A stretch of 37,784 nucleotides of DNA from a virus (IMGVR_UViG_2529292883_000004:1-37784); one strand, 5' to 3'. Shown: positions 1 to 9,530, numbered from the stretch's first letter. Numbers and translations: made by a program. Notes: generated from the letters alone by a model not told the origin.

Positions 1-561
1 ATGCCCACTCAAATTTCTGTCGACACTCTTCCTGCAATCACCCACAACCAGGTCCCCGTTATTACAACTGAACTTCTGGCGCAGTTATACGGAACAAAAA
101 TCAAAAACATTTCTGATAACTTTCTGAACAACACGACGCGATTCGTGGTAGGAAAGCATTACTTTAAAATTGAAAAAAACGAATTACGCGAGTTTAAGAA
201 CAGACCCGAAACAATCGGGTTAGTTGGTAAAAATGCCCGTTCCCTTATCCTCTGGACAGAACGTGGCGCAGCCCGCCATGCCAAAATGCTCGAAACCGAT
301 CAGGCATGGGAAGTGTTCGAAAAACTGGAAGACTGTTATTTCAGCCAAAAACAACCACCAGCAACACAAAACTCACCCACCCCAAATGATGGATGCGCAT
401 TACTGATCCACTTTGATAAACACGGTCAGGTAGAGTTCACAGAAAAAGTCCCCGCCGATGCGATGGTATGCACTCTGGAACGGTTTAAATTTTATCTGGA
501 GCAACACGGCTGGCTCGTTGCCCGTAAAGAACAACTGGTGGAAAGGCTGATGCAGCTTTAG
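1..561 (+). CDS. ORF6N-domain protein (antirepressor-like), paralog of 32425..32988
   Basis: 186-aa ORF with ATG at position 1. The C-terminal half is nearly identical to the minus-strand ORF at 32425..32988; the N-terminal motif (ITHNQVPVITTELLAQLYG...RFVVGKHYFKI) is recalled as ORF6N/Bro-N-like. Family assignment is from memory. Confidence 0.55.
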   Translation: MPTQISVDTLPAITHNQVPVITTELLAQLYGTKIKNISDNFLNNTTRFVVGKHYFKIEKNELREFKNRPETIGLVGKNARSLILWTERGAARHAKMLETDQAWEVFEKLEDCYFSQKQPPATQNSPTPNDGCALLIHFDKHGQVEFTEKVPADAMVCTLERFKFYLEQHGWLVARKEQLVERLMQL

Positions 562-746
562 CAGATATAACAAGTGTTTTTTCTCGTATGCACGCGCACA
601 TATGAATTATTGTGGGGCGCATGGGGGAGCTGAAAAGCTCGTCGGTCGGTTTCCCGGTAGTTCCAACCCTGTGCGTCTCTCCACCCGATGATTGGAACCT
701 GACGGTGGTGATAGTTTAAGTTTAGAAACCACTAGAGGACGTCATT

Positions 747-960
747 ATGACAACTCAAATCTCTGTTGAAACCATATCCCCGCTCATCCATAACCAGATT
801 CCTGTTATCACCACCGAACTTTTGGATCAGCTTTAGGTGCCAAGATCAACAACATCAAAGTCAATTACACCCGTAACTCTGAGCGGTTTGTTTGTGGGAG
901 GCACTACTTCAAATTAGAGGGAAATGATTTGCGAGAATTTAAGAACAAACTGCGACAAAA
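747..960 (+). pseudogene. Remnant of a third ORF6N-family copy (N-terminal fragment, frameshifted)
   Basis: ATG at 747 encodes MTTQISVETISPLIHNQIPVITTELLDQL then a stop; similarity resumes in another frame (RFVCGRHYFKLEGNDLREFKN) and then decays. The upstream RBS context resembles that of the 32988 copy. Confidence 0.6.
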
Positions 961-1179
961 CACAACACGTATGAGGCGTGTTGTCGCACGTAAAAGTCTT
1001 AGATTTACTATTAAACCCATGCTTTTATACCCTAACGAATACTTGACAAGATTATCTCCATCTTGGTAGATAAACTTCAGAAGGTTTTTGACAAGTGGAT
1101 TTCTGTTCAGCAGGTCAATAAAGCTCTTCGCTATCATTAGTCAAATGTACAACATAACTGTCTAAATAACGGAGTACTC

Positions 1180-1967
1180 ATGAATTTTACGTTTACTGAC
1201 TCTGGATACACTGAAACAAATAAAAACAATCCCCCTATCATATTCGTTCATGGATTTTTCATGAATAATGAAATGTTCAAATACCAGTTTGACGAACTAA
1301 AAGAAAAACATAGAGTTGTTTGCATTAATGTTCGGGGTTTCGATGCCACCTCCGAAAAAACTGAGCCATTCTCGCTCTATGACATCGTTGATGACATTGT
1401 AAACGTCGCAGACTCACTACAACTGGATAAGTTTATTTTAGGGGGATGTCGATGGGGGGGTATATATCATTACGATTTGCCCTGTCACATCCAGAGCGTT
1501 TGTCAGGACTAATCCTTATGGCAACTCAGGTCGAGCAGGACCCGCCAGAAATTGCATCCAGTTATATGGAACTATGTAATGGATGGCATAACTCACTCAT
1601 AAAAGAAGAGATAATATCCTCATTATTACCCGTTTTCTTTGGAAAGAATATCTCTGAAGCAGAGATATGGAGACAAGTATGGCTACGTCATAAACCTGAA
1701 AACATCAAACCAGCTATGAATGCAATGCTGGAGCGAGACGATATTTCAGATAAAGTTCATACGATCAAAGCGCCCACACTGATTCTTCATGGATCCGTCG
1801 ATACAGGAATACCACCGGAGAAAGCTCTTGAAATGCACAAAATGATCCCGCACTCTGAGCTTGCGATTATACCTGACGCCAATCATGCATTGAATGTCAC
1901 TCATGCAAAAGAAGTAAATACCATAATAAAAAAATGGTTACAAAAACACACTGAGAGTCAAAGTTAA
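1180..1967 (+). pseudogene. Alpha/beta-hydrolase fold gene, frameshifted at a G-run
   Basis: Two overlapping ORFs (1180..1512 and 1446..1967) read as one hydrolase when joined: HGFFMNNEMF near the N-terminus and a nucleophile elbow GG-MSMGG (GxSxG) that straddles the frame break. The break sits at the G5 run 1441..1445, just 5' of ATG 1446. The region is visibly AT-rich. Confidence 0.6.
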
Positions 1968-2116
1968 CTCTTATATGTATAAATAGGTCATAAAAAATCA
2001 CGAAACGATAAATTAATAACAATACACAGGTATATACTTGATTCAAATATGCCTTTTGGTTAGTTTGTCTCTCCTGAAATCCTTTTATACTTATTTTATA
2101 TCGTACTTTGATATAA

Positions 2117-2143
2117 CCGGCATGAACCATGCCGGTTTTCTTT
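2117..2143 (+). terminator. Rho-independent terminator downstream of the hydrolase gene
   Basis: Hairpin ccggcatg-aac-catgccgg followed by ttttcttt on the plus strand. Confidence 0.6.
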
Positions 2144-2206
2144 AAACACGATGCTACAGTAGCCAATATTTTGTTTCACTGAAGCAAAAAAGCTTCTCAG
2201 TAGCCT

Positions 2207-2746
2207 TTATGACGTGACTCTAGGTTCGTCCGGCCAGACTGTCGCGTTGTAGCTCGCCTCATCCGTCACACCACTTAAATCCAGCGCCTGAAGCGCCTTT
2301 ATGTAAGCCAGCCATTCCGTCAGGCTTTCCTTGTCATCATTAGTGATGATGTCCAGCAGAAGCTCTGACTGCCAGAGGCTGATTCTCTCCTTCGCATCCG
2401 ATATCAATGCGCTTCGTTGCGATTCCGCCTTTGCCTGCCACTCCGCTGCTGTCAGCGTTCGCGCAACCACACTCTCCCCGTCGAACACCCAGTTGCCGTC
2501 GATATCCGCACCGTCCGGCAGCGACTCAACCTCAGCAACACTCAGACTGACAGGACAAAGTGCCGACACATCGGTCGAAATACTGCGCACTATACCGTCA
2601 CTGTCATACGCAACTTTGTATGTATCCTCTGCAAACTGCGTCTGGCATTCATACCAGTCCTGACCATCCTCGCTGATGAGATATGTCGCCCACGCCACGG
2701 GCGGGTTTTCCGGGGTGTATTGCCTGAAATTTTTGATGTTTATCAT
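2207..2746 (-). CDS. Tail fiber assembly protein (P2 gpG-like)
   Basis: 179 aa, immediately downstream of the fiber gene. Internal region (SEDGQDWYE...VAYDSDGIV...SVAEVESLPDG...NWVFDGESVVAR...EWQAKAESQRSALISDA) resembles P2 gpG as recalled, and the protein ends with a WPDEP-type tail. Confidence 0.8.
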   Translation of the reverse strand: MINIKNFRQYTPENPPVAWATYLISEDGQDWYECQTQFAEDTYKVAYDSDGIVRSISTDVSALCPVSLSVAEVESLPDGADIDGNWVFDGESVVARTLTAAEWQAKAESQRSALISDAKERISLWQSELLLDIITNDDKESLTEWLAYIKALQALDLSGVTDEASYNATVWPDEPRVTS

Positions 2747-2758
2747 TAGTGCTCTCCT

Positions 2759-3550
2759 TTACAGTGATATCGCATTTATCCATGTACCGTTTATGCAGTA
2801 CTGAATCTGCCTGTAATAAATTCCGCCAATGTTATCTGCTGAATTTGATCCCGTTTCCTGAACAATAATACCTGTGAGCACATTTCCGGAGGAGAGATTA
2901 CTGGTCCACGACACCTCGTTACCGGAAGGCGTGTATGAGCTGGCGCTACTCAGTCTCACTGCCGACACACCGCCCGTCGTCAGCAGGTAACGGGCATCGA
3001 GCGTACTCAGATCCTGGGTTGCCACATCTCCCAGCCCCAGATTTGTTCTGGCCCCTGACGCAGTCGTGGCCCCGGTACCGCCACTGCTCACCGGCAGTGT
3101 GCCGGTCACGCCCAGCGTGACATTCGCACTGCCATCAAAAGTAACTGCACCCGTACTGCCAAGATTTATCTGGATTGTCCGGCCCGTTTTCAGTTTTGTG
3201 GCTGTATCCGCATTGCCCGTCAGGTCACCCGTGAGGGATGTCCCTGTTATCGCGCCGCCGGTGATATTCACCGCGTCACTGTTCTGACCGGCCATCGTAC
3301 CCAGAGCACCAATGGCGGTGTTCACATTCTCCTGTGAGGCAAAATATTTCGATAACGCCTGCCAGAGTTGTGTGTCATCAGTCGGATCCAGCGTCAGCCC
3401 CGCACTCTCCACAACCTTCACCAGCTCCCGCTGAATGAGGTTAAACCACGCCGCCAGCAACGGCGTTGGCTTCAGCCCTGTGGCAGGCGCGCCGTCAGTG
3501 AACTCGTCGTTTTCATCAACATACGGTGTGATATCAGATATTTTCTTCAC
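2759..3550 (-). CDS. Tail fiber protein with P2 gpH-like C-terminal receptor-binding domain
   Basis: The ORF-track start (GTG at 3571) lies inside a hairpin. An in-frame GTG at 3550 has an AAGGAG RBS 6 nt upstream and gives a protein starting MKKISDITPYV. The C-terminus ...YYRQIQYCINGTWINAISL matches the P2 H ending ...KYINGTWYNVAQV; a Gly/Thr-rich middle is present. Confidence 0.8.
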   Translation of the reverse strand: MKKISDITPYVDENDEFTDGAPATGLKPTPLLAAWFNLIQRELVKVVESAGLTLDPTDDTQLWQALSKYFASQENVNTAIGALGTMAGQNSDAVNITGGAITGTSLTGDLTGNADTATKLKTGRTIQINLGSTGAVTFDGSANVTLGVTGTLPVSSGGTGATTASGARTNLGLGDVATQDLSTLDARYLLTTGGVSAVRLSSASSYTPSGNEVSWTSNLSSGNVLTGIIVQETGSNSADNIGGIYYRQIQYCINGTWINAISL

Positions 3551-3595
3551 GCATATCTCCTTACCCGCCACCGGAGCGGCGGGATCCTCCTGTTA

Positions 3596-6500
3596 TTAAA
3601 CCCAGACTGGATAACGCTCAGACAAGATGCTGAAATCGCTCAGGGATACGCAGTTATAAAACGCATCCGCGTAACTCGTCACGCCAGGCAACTTCTCAAT
3701 GAGCGCACATCCGCTTCCCTGCAATGACCGGCAGTTGTAAAAACAACGGTACACACTGGTTATTTGCGGGTACTCTTCCGCCGGGAGAATGTCATTCACA
3801 TCACTCTCCAGCCCTGTGCAACCGTAAAAGGTGCCCTCAAACGTCGTCGCACTGACGCACCCCGCAAACAAGCCGTCGCCCACAGTGGTCAGCCCCGTAC
3901 AACCGTTAAAGGTCTCTCTGAATGTTGTGACGCTGGCGAGTCCTGCAAACAGTCCGTCTGGTATCGTCATCAGCCCCGTGCAACCATCAAAGGTCTGATA
4001 GAACGATGTCACTCCGGTACAGTTTTCAAACAGCCCGGCAGGCAGCACCGCCAGCCCCGTACAGCCGTAAAAAGTCTGACTGAACGTGGTCACAGCAGTG
4101 TTGTTGTCAAACAACCCTTCCGGCAGTGTCTTCAGACCTGTACAGCCCCGGAACGTCCGGTAAAACGACGTCACACGGTTACAGTTATCAAACAATCCTG
4201 CAGGTAACATCGTCAGCCCCGTACAGCCGAAAAACGTATCCTGGAAAGACCCTGCGCTGACACAACGGTCAAATACCGCCTCAGGCACCGTCGTCAGGGC
4301 GGCACACCGGTAAAATGTCCGGTAGAAGGTTGTCACGCCGTGGCTGCTGTCAAACAGCCCTGCAGGTATTGCTGTCAGCTTCGTGCAGCCACTGAAAGTC
4401 TGATAGAACGACGTCACACCTGTACATCCGTCAAATACACTGTCTCCCAGCGTTGTCAGCTTCGTGCAGTCGTAAAATGTGCCTTCGAACGTCGATGCAC
4501 TGCTGCAGCCTGCAAACGCCCTTTCACCCACCGTTACCAGTTCCGTGCAGCCATAAAACGTCCGGAAGAAGGTCGTCACACGACTACAGTTTTCAAACAG
4601 CCCGGCAGGCAGCGCCTTCAGTCTCACACAGTCGCCAAAGGCATAACTGAACGTCGTCACAGAGACGCAGTTGTCAAACAGCCCTGCCGGTATCGCTGTC
4701 AGAGCCGTACAGCCATAAAAAGCACTACTGAACGTGGTCACGGCAGTGCAGCTGTCAAACATCCCTTCCGGCAATGCCGTCAGTCCCCTGCAGTTATAAA
4801 AAGCACTACTGAACGTCGTCACAGCAGTACAACCTGCAAACACTCCCTCTCCTATGGATGTCAGCCCCGTACAGCCGTAAAACGCCCGGTAGAACGTCGT
4901 AACACTGGTACATCCGGCAAACACGCCGTCTCCCACCGTTGTCAGCCCGGCACAACCATAAAAGGTGTCTTCAAACGTTGTGGCACTGACACAACCGGCA
5001 AACACATTGTCGCCCAGCGTTCTCAGCCCGGAACAACCGTAAAAGGTCCGCCTGAAGGTTGTCACACTTACACAGTCTGCAAACAATCCTGACGGTATCG
5101 CGGTCAGGCCCGTGCATTCGTAAAACGCCTCAAAGAAAGTGGTGACACTGGCGCTGTCAGCGAACAACCCTGCCGGTATCGTTGTCAGCCCCCGGCATCC
5201 CGAAAACACCCCCTCAAACGTCGTGGCACCGGTACAGTCTGCAAATAATCTGGCCGGTACCTCCGACAACCCGGTACATTCGCCAAAAGTCTTATAGAAA
5301 GACTTTGCTCCGGTACAACCGGAAAACAACTCTGCAGGAACTTCCGACAGACGGGTACAACGGTAAAATGTCGTATAGAACGTCGTGGCTCCGGTACAAT
5401 CTGCAAACAATTCCGGGGGGACCATTGCCAGTCCTGTACACCCCAAAAACGACCGGTAAAACGATCTGACACCCGAACAACCAGCAAACACGTCAGCCGG
5501 TATCGTGACCAGTCCGGTGCAACCTTCAAATAAGCTTGCGAATGTTGTGGTACCTGTACAACCAGCAAATACTCTGTCACCCACTGTTGTCAGTGCTCTG
5601 CACCCGTAAAACGCGCTGTCAAACGTCGTGACACTGGTGAGTTTTTCAAATAACCCTGCCGGTATCGTTACCAGCCCCGAGCATCCCGAAAACCCCCCCT
5701 CAAACGTCGCAACCTCTGTGCAGTTTGCGAACAATTTTGCCGGTATCGCTGTCAGGGCCGCGCAGCCATAAAACGTCCGGTTGAATGTCGTCACCCCGGT
5801 ACAACTGTCAAACAACCCTTCCGGTATTGCTGTCAGAGCCGTGCAGCCATAAAAGGCATTACTGAACGTGGTCACGGCAGTGCAGCTGTCAAACATCCCT
5901 TCCGGCAATGCCGTCAGTCCCCTGCAGTTATAAAAAGCCTGGAGGAATGTCGTCACCCCGGTGCAGTCTGCAAATATCCCCTGACCTAATGATGTCAGCG
6001 CCTGGCAGCCATAAAAGGCCTGCAAAAACGTTGTGGCACTGGCACATCCGGCAAACACGCTGTTACCCACCGTGCTCAGTTCCCTGCAGTTATAAAAGAC
6101 CCTGTAAAATGTTGTCGCACTGGTGCACCCGGCAAACACATGGTCCCCCACGGCGCTCAGTCCGGTACAACCATAAAAGGTATCCTCAAACGTCGTGGCA
6201 CCGGTGCACCCGGCAAACACGCTCTCACCCACCGCTCTCAGCCCGGTACAGCCGTAAAACGCCTGACGAAAAGTCGTTACGCCTGTGCAGCCGGCAAACG
6301 CGCTGTCACCGACTGCAGTGAGTCCCGTACATTCGTAAAATGCCTGATAGAACGTCGTGGCGCTGGCGCACTCAGCAAACAGCCCCGGAGGTATCGCAGT
6401 CAGTCCTTTACACCGGTAAAATGCACTGTCGAATGCCGTAGCGTTTTTGCAAAAACGGAATGCGCCGCTGTCAATACTCACCAGACTGGGGGTATTACTC

Positions 6501-7939
6501 GCAAGGTAGCTACAGGATTTTTGTCCCGCCGGAAGTTGACGTAGTCTGACCAGGTCGTTGTAAGCCGTGCTGCTGTACCCGTACACCCTGAACCTGACAC
6601 TCCCCGCCGTTCTCACCCTGATTGTCCGGAGCTCCCCGTCTGCCAGTGAGTCGGGTAACAGGATATTCGCCCAGCCCCCGCTGGTTGTCGTTTCAAGCTG
6701 GTCCGCAGCAACATATCCGTCGCCGAAGCTGACACGACAGTTCACCACATCAGCAACACTGACCAGCGCTTTTGACGATGAAGCACAGACCGAATCAAAA
6801 ACCGCCGGCACGTAACAGCTGACCTGTAATGTTGCCGTGTGTCCGCCGTCATTTGTCGTCACCGTCACCACCGCATCACCTTCGCTCACCCCGCACACGG
6901 TCAGTGAACTGTCGCTGTTGACCACCACCGACACCACGCTTTCATCGCTGACCGTCACAGTCCAGCTCCGGTCTTCAGCATTCTCCGGCCAGACATTCAC
7001 CGCAACCGCGACATGCTCATCATTATCAAGCTCCAGCTCAGTGACCGACAGGTTCACACCGCGCACACTCACGATTTTCCGCAGATTTATCACCTCACTG
7101 CGTACCGGTACTGTCACGTCATCCGGCATATCAACGGCAGCCTCTGCATACGCCGAATACCAGCCGTTCGCAAAATCATCATCCTCCATTTCATACGACC
7201 AGTGCCCTTCACTGTCCGTTGTCACTGTCGCCACATACCGCTGTCCCGACGCGGATTTGATGACAACATTCACCGTCCCCCCCGACACCACCACCCCCTC
7301 ATCTGCCGTGAGCGCACCGGAAAGAACGTGTGTGATGTTGTCCCACGCAATGCTCAGGGCGGCGCTGTACGATGACTGCCACTCAAACGTCACCAGCGTA
7401 TGCGCCGGGGCATAACGACGAAACAGGCACTCCAGGTACGCCCGTGAGGTGGTCACCTCATCCCCCGGCGGGGCCACCACCACGGTCCAGTTAAACCGGT
7501 TGTCGTCACTCAGCAGATGCCCGCTCCACGAAAATCCGCACAGTGGTGTGCGGTACTCACGGATAGTGATGCTGTACCCCATCGTCGCCGCAAGCTCCGT
7601 GAAATACGCCACACTCTGCCCGCCTGTCGACAGCAGTTTCGCCAGAATGAATTTTCTGGCCTGCGCCGGGTCTGTGGTGGATGCCTGCGTCCCGCATTCA
7701 TCATTCAGCCCCAGCGAGGCATACCACTCATCAGTGAGCGCATCCGCCGTTTCCGGGAAGGCGCCCGTTATCAGTGCGCACGCATCAGCGTCACTCTGCC
7801 GGTACGCCTGTGCCAGTCCGCGTATCAGCCTGTGCTGCACACTGTCAGGCAGACGGCTCCAGGCAATCCCTGACGGCAGAAGGTTCAGCATCGCGCGCGT
7901 GTAGTCATCATGTGAAAAACGACTCATCTTTTTCCTCAT
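3596..7939 (-). CDS. Giant baseplate-associated protein: Mu gp48/DUF2313-like N-terminal domain + Ig-like domain + ~30 x 27-aa Cys-containing LRR-like repeats
   Basis: 1447-aa ORF whose start overlaps the stop of the J-like gene (7936..7939). The N-terminal ~190 aa resemble Mu gp48-type baseplate proteins as recalled. An Ig-like stretch follows (VTVSDESVVSVVVNSDSSLTVCGVSEGDAVVTVTTNDGGHTATLQVSCY). Then a long array of 27-aa units with consensus about xVFAGCTGxTTFxxxFYGCTGLTxxGD, flavoured like BspA-type LRRs. Confidence 0.85.
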   Translation of the reverse strand: MRKKMSRFSHDDYTRAMLNLLPSGIAWSRLPDSVQHRLIRGLAQAYRQSDADACALITGAFPETADALTDEWYASLGLNDECGTQASTTDPAQARKFILAKLLSTGGQSVAYFTELAATMGYSITIREYRTPLCGFSWSGHLLSDDNRFNWTVVVAPPGDEVTTSRAYLECLFRRYAPAHTLVTFEWQSSYSAALSIAWDNITHVLSGALTADEGVVVSGGTVNVVIKSASGQRYVATVTTDSEGHWSYEMEDDDFANGWYSAYAEAAVDMPDDVTVPVRSEVINLRKIVSVRGVNLSVTELELDNDEHVAVAVNVWPENAEDRSWTVTVSDESVVSVVVNSDSSLTVCGVSEGDAVVTVTTNDGGHTATLQVSCYVPAVFDSVCASSSKALVSVADVVNCRVSFGDGYVAADQLETTTSGGWANILLPDSLADGELRTIRVRTAGSVRFRVYGYSSTAYNDLVRLRQLPAGQKSCSYLASNTPSLVSIDSGAFRFCKNATAFDSAFYRCKGLTAIPPGLFAECASATTFYQAFYECTGLTAVGDSAFAGCTGVTTFRQAFYGCTGLRAVGESVFAGCTGATTFEDTFYGCTGLSAVGDHVFAGCTSATTFYRVFYNCRELSTVGNSVFAGCASATTFLQAFYGCQALTSLGQGIFADCTGVTTFLQAFYNCRGLTALPEGMFDSCTAVTTFSNAFYGCTALTAIPEGLFDSCTGVTTFNRTFYGCAALTAIPAKLFANCTEVATFEGGFSGCSGLVTIPAGLFEKLTSVTTFDSAFYGCRALTTVGDRVFAGCTGTTTFASLFEGCTGLVTIPADVFAGCSGVRSFYRSFLGCTGLAMVPPELFADCTGATTFYTTFYRCTRLSEVPAELFSGCTGAKSFYKTFGECTGLSEVPARLFADCTGATTFEGVFSGCRGLTTIPAGLFADSASVTTFFEAFYECTGLTAIPSGLFADCVSVTTFRRTFYGCSGLRTLGDNVFAGCVSATTFEDTFYGCAGLTTVGDGVFAGCTSVTTFYRAFYGCTGLTSIGEGVFAGCTAVTTFSSAFYNCRGLTALPEGMFDSCTAVTTFSSAFYGCTALTAIPAGLFDNCVSVTTFSYAFGDCVRLKALPAGLFENCSRVTTFFRTFYGCTELVTVGERAFAGCSSASTFEGTFYDCTKLTTLGDSVFDGCTGVTSFYQTFSGCTKLTAIPAGLFDSSHGVTTFYRTFYRCAALTTVPEAVFDRCVSAGSFQDTFFGCTGLTMLPAGLFDNCNRVTSFYRTFRGCTGLKTLPEGLFDNNTAVTTFSQTFYGCTGLAVLPAGLFENCTGVTSFYQTFDGCTGLMTIPDGLFAGLASVTTFRETFNGCTGLTTVGDGLFAGCVSATTFEGTFYGCTGLESDVNDILPAEEYPQITSVYRCFYNCRSLQGSGCALIEKLPGVTSYADAFYNCVSLSDFSILSERYPVWV
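3784..6440. repeat. Imperfect tandem array of 81-bp coding repeats (about 30 units) inside the giant gene
   Basis: An 81-nt periodicity is visible in the DNA (recurring gtacagccgtaaaa-like cores) and as a 27-aa periodicity in the protein. Boundaries are approximate. Confidence 0.8.
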
Positions 7940-9090
7940 GTTGCCCAGGTTATCGTTCCGGTCACCGGCAGCTCTCCCTGCGACAGCGTGATGTTGCTGT
8001 CAGGAGACACCAGAATGAACCCGTCTGTCCCCTCTGTGTCCGCAATGGCGTACCAGAGGTCTGAAAGGTGAATCACCCCGCTGCCGTCCGGTTCACCCAC
8101 GTTGTACAGCACCTCGCTGATGGCACTCTCCACCCGTGCCTTCAGTGCCGCCGTGGCACTGCTCAGCCCCTGTATCTCAAAATCAATGCTTCTGGCCACC
8201 GGCGACATCACGTACACCACCGCTGTGACCGGCTGGTACTGCCGGATATGGTCCGCCACCGTCAGCTGCACCCCCGTGGCTTTCCGGTCCGTCCAGTCCT
8301 CATCCGTTGCCACCCCGTCCGTGCCGTCAGGAAAGCCCCCGGCGTTGTCTTCATCATCTCCGTCCGTCATGATGTAAACACCCACCGTCCCGAACCCCAG
8401 CGCACGGTTCACACACCATGCGCGGGTCACACCGGGAACTTCCAGCGCCCACTGCACATAGTCCGCCGCCGCCCCGCCCTGAGGCGGGTTCTGGTACGCA
8501 TACAGCACGCGCTGGCGGTACGCTTCCTCATCCTCAGTGTCACTGCCGCCGGTGGCGGCACTCACCATCGTCACCGTTGAGTCGATGCCTGACCAGGTGA
8601 CATCCGGTGTCAGGGTCGTTCCGGCATCCGCGTTACCGTCATCACCACCGCCGGTGCGGTCATCCGTCGGGTCCGGCAGCACCGCCGTGATACTCCCCGT
8701 GCCGCTGCCGTCACTGTCAATGCTCACATCCTCATCCAGCGTGTACTGATACCCGTCCGCACGGTTCAGCACCGCCTCCGCGCACACCGTGCTGCCCGGT
8801 GTGCCCGTAAAGCGCACCGCCTCACAGGTGGCCGCCACTGCTGCCCTGCGGATGATGCCCTTCAGTGCCCCCCACGCCGCCAGATACTCCCCGGTGGCCG
8901 TGGCCGGTGTGCACTGCTGCGCTATCCAGTCAAGATAGCCGTAATGCAGATGCGTCATGCCCGCCACGGCATCCGCCAGAATCCCCAGCGTGGAAAACCG
9001 TAGCAGGGCACCGGCCTCATCCAGCTGGCCGGTCACATACGACCGGCTTTTCTCACGCAGTTCGCTTAATCCGGGACGCTCAAACGGCAT
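7936..9090 (-). CDS. Baseplate J-like protein (Mu gp47-like)
   Basis: Start chosen at the ATG at 9090 (MPFERPGL...), which avoids overlap with the upstream gene whose stop is at 9092. Acidic Gly/Asp-rich middle; synteny between the gp46-like and gp48-like genes. Confidence 0.65.
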   Translation of the reverse strand: MPFERPGLSELREKSRSYVTGQLDEAGALLRFSTLGILADAVAGMTHLHYGYLDWIAQQCTPATATGEYLAAWGALKGIIRRAAVAATCEAVRFTGTPGSTVCAEAVLNRADGYQYTLDEDVSIDSDGSGTGSITAVLPDPTDDRTGGGDDGNADAGTTLTPDVTWSGIDSTVTMVSAATGGSDTEDEEAYRQRVLYAYQNPPQGGAAADYVQWALEVPGVTRAWCVNRALGFGTVGVYIMTDGDDEDNAGGFPDGTDGVATDEDWTDRKATGVQLTVADHIRQYQPVTAVVYVMSPVARSIDFEIQGLSSATAALKARVESAISEVLYNVGEPDGSGVIHLSDLWYAIADTEGTDGFILVSPDSNITLSQGELPVTGTITWAT

Positions 9091-9091
9091 C

Positions 9092-9529
9092 TCATACCTC
9101 CCACACCCGGTAAAATTTCTGGTATTCCGTCGTGTCCGCATCCGGACGCTGGTATGCAATGGTCATGTACAGCCGGTCCGGCGGCACTATCCACGCTTCC
9201 ACATCCAGCGAGGCCACCACGCCGTCATCCTTCAGCCACTGCAGCGCCTCCCGGGCGTATGCCTCCGCCTTAAGCGCCACCTGTGTGGTCAGTTTCTGCC
9301 TGCGCAGCAGCCACAGCCGGGAGCCGACCCGGTAGTCCTGCTCAAGGTCACCCCACCATCCGCGCCGGTTGCCGTCATCCGTCTCATCTGATGCATCCGC
9401 CAGCCTGTCCGTGAACAGGCTGATGAGAATGGCCGTCTGCAAATCATTTCCGCAGACAATGTCACCTGTGCCCACGGACCAGTCGCACCGCAGCACCTCT
9501 TCATCGTACAAAAGCGTGATATCGCTCAT
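9092..9529 (-). CDS. Baseplate protein, Mu gp46 / GPW-gp25-like
   Basis: 145 aa with size and position typical of the gp46 family between the spike (V) and J genes. Family recalled from memory. Confidence 0.6.
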   Translation of the reverse strand: MSDITLLYDEEVLRCDWSVGTGDIVCGNDLQTAILISLFTDRLADASDETDDGNRRGWWGDLEQDYRVGSRLWLLRRQKLTTQVALKAEAYAREALQWLKDDGVVASLDVEAWIVPPDRLYMTIAYQRPDADTTEYQKFYRVWEV

Positions 9530-9530
9530 C

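Noticed and set aside
1897-2166. 89-aa minus-strand ORF
   Set aside because: Sits in the AT-rich intergenic region and overlaps the hydrolase 3' end and its terminator; composition is non-protein-like.
4340-5092. 250-aa plus-strand ORF (and several neighbours from 3764 to 7415) that looks repetitive and basic
   Set aside because: Lies antisense within the 81-bp repeat array of the giant gene; its periodicity is a mirror of the sense-strand repeats.
3784-6440. Possible CRISPR-like or DGR-like repeat array
   Set aside because: The repeats are 81 bp, in-frame and coding (27-aa protein units), with no spacer/repeat alternation and no cas or reverse transcriptase genes nearby.
7936-9159. ORF-track extended starts (J-like gene at 9159; also 11194..12618, 34062..35201, 36591..37232, 2759..3571)
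   Set aside because: The N-terminal extensions overlap upstream genes or lack an RBS. Internal ATG or GTG codons with good Shine-Dalgarno spacing were used instead.
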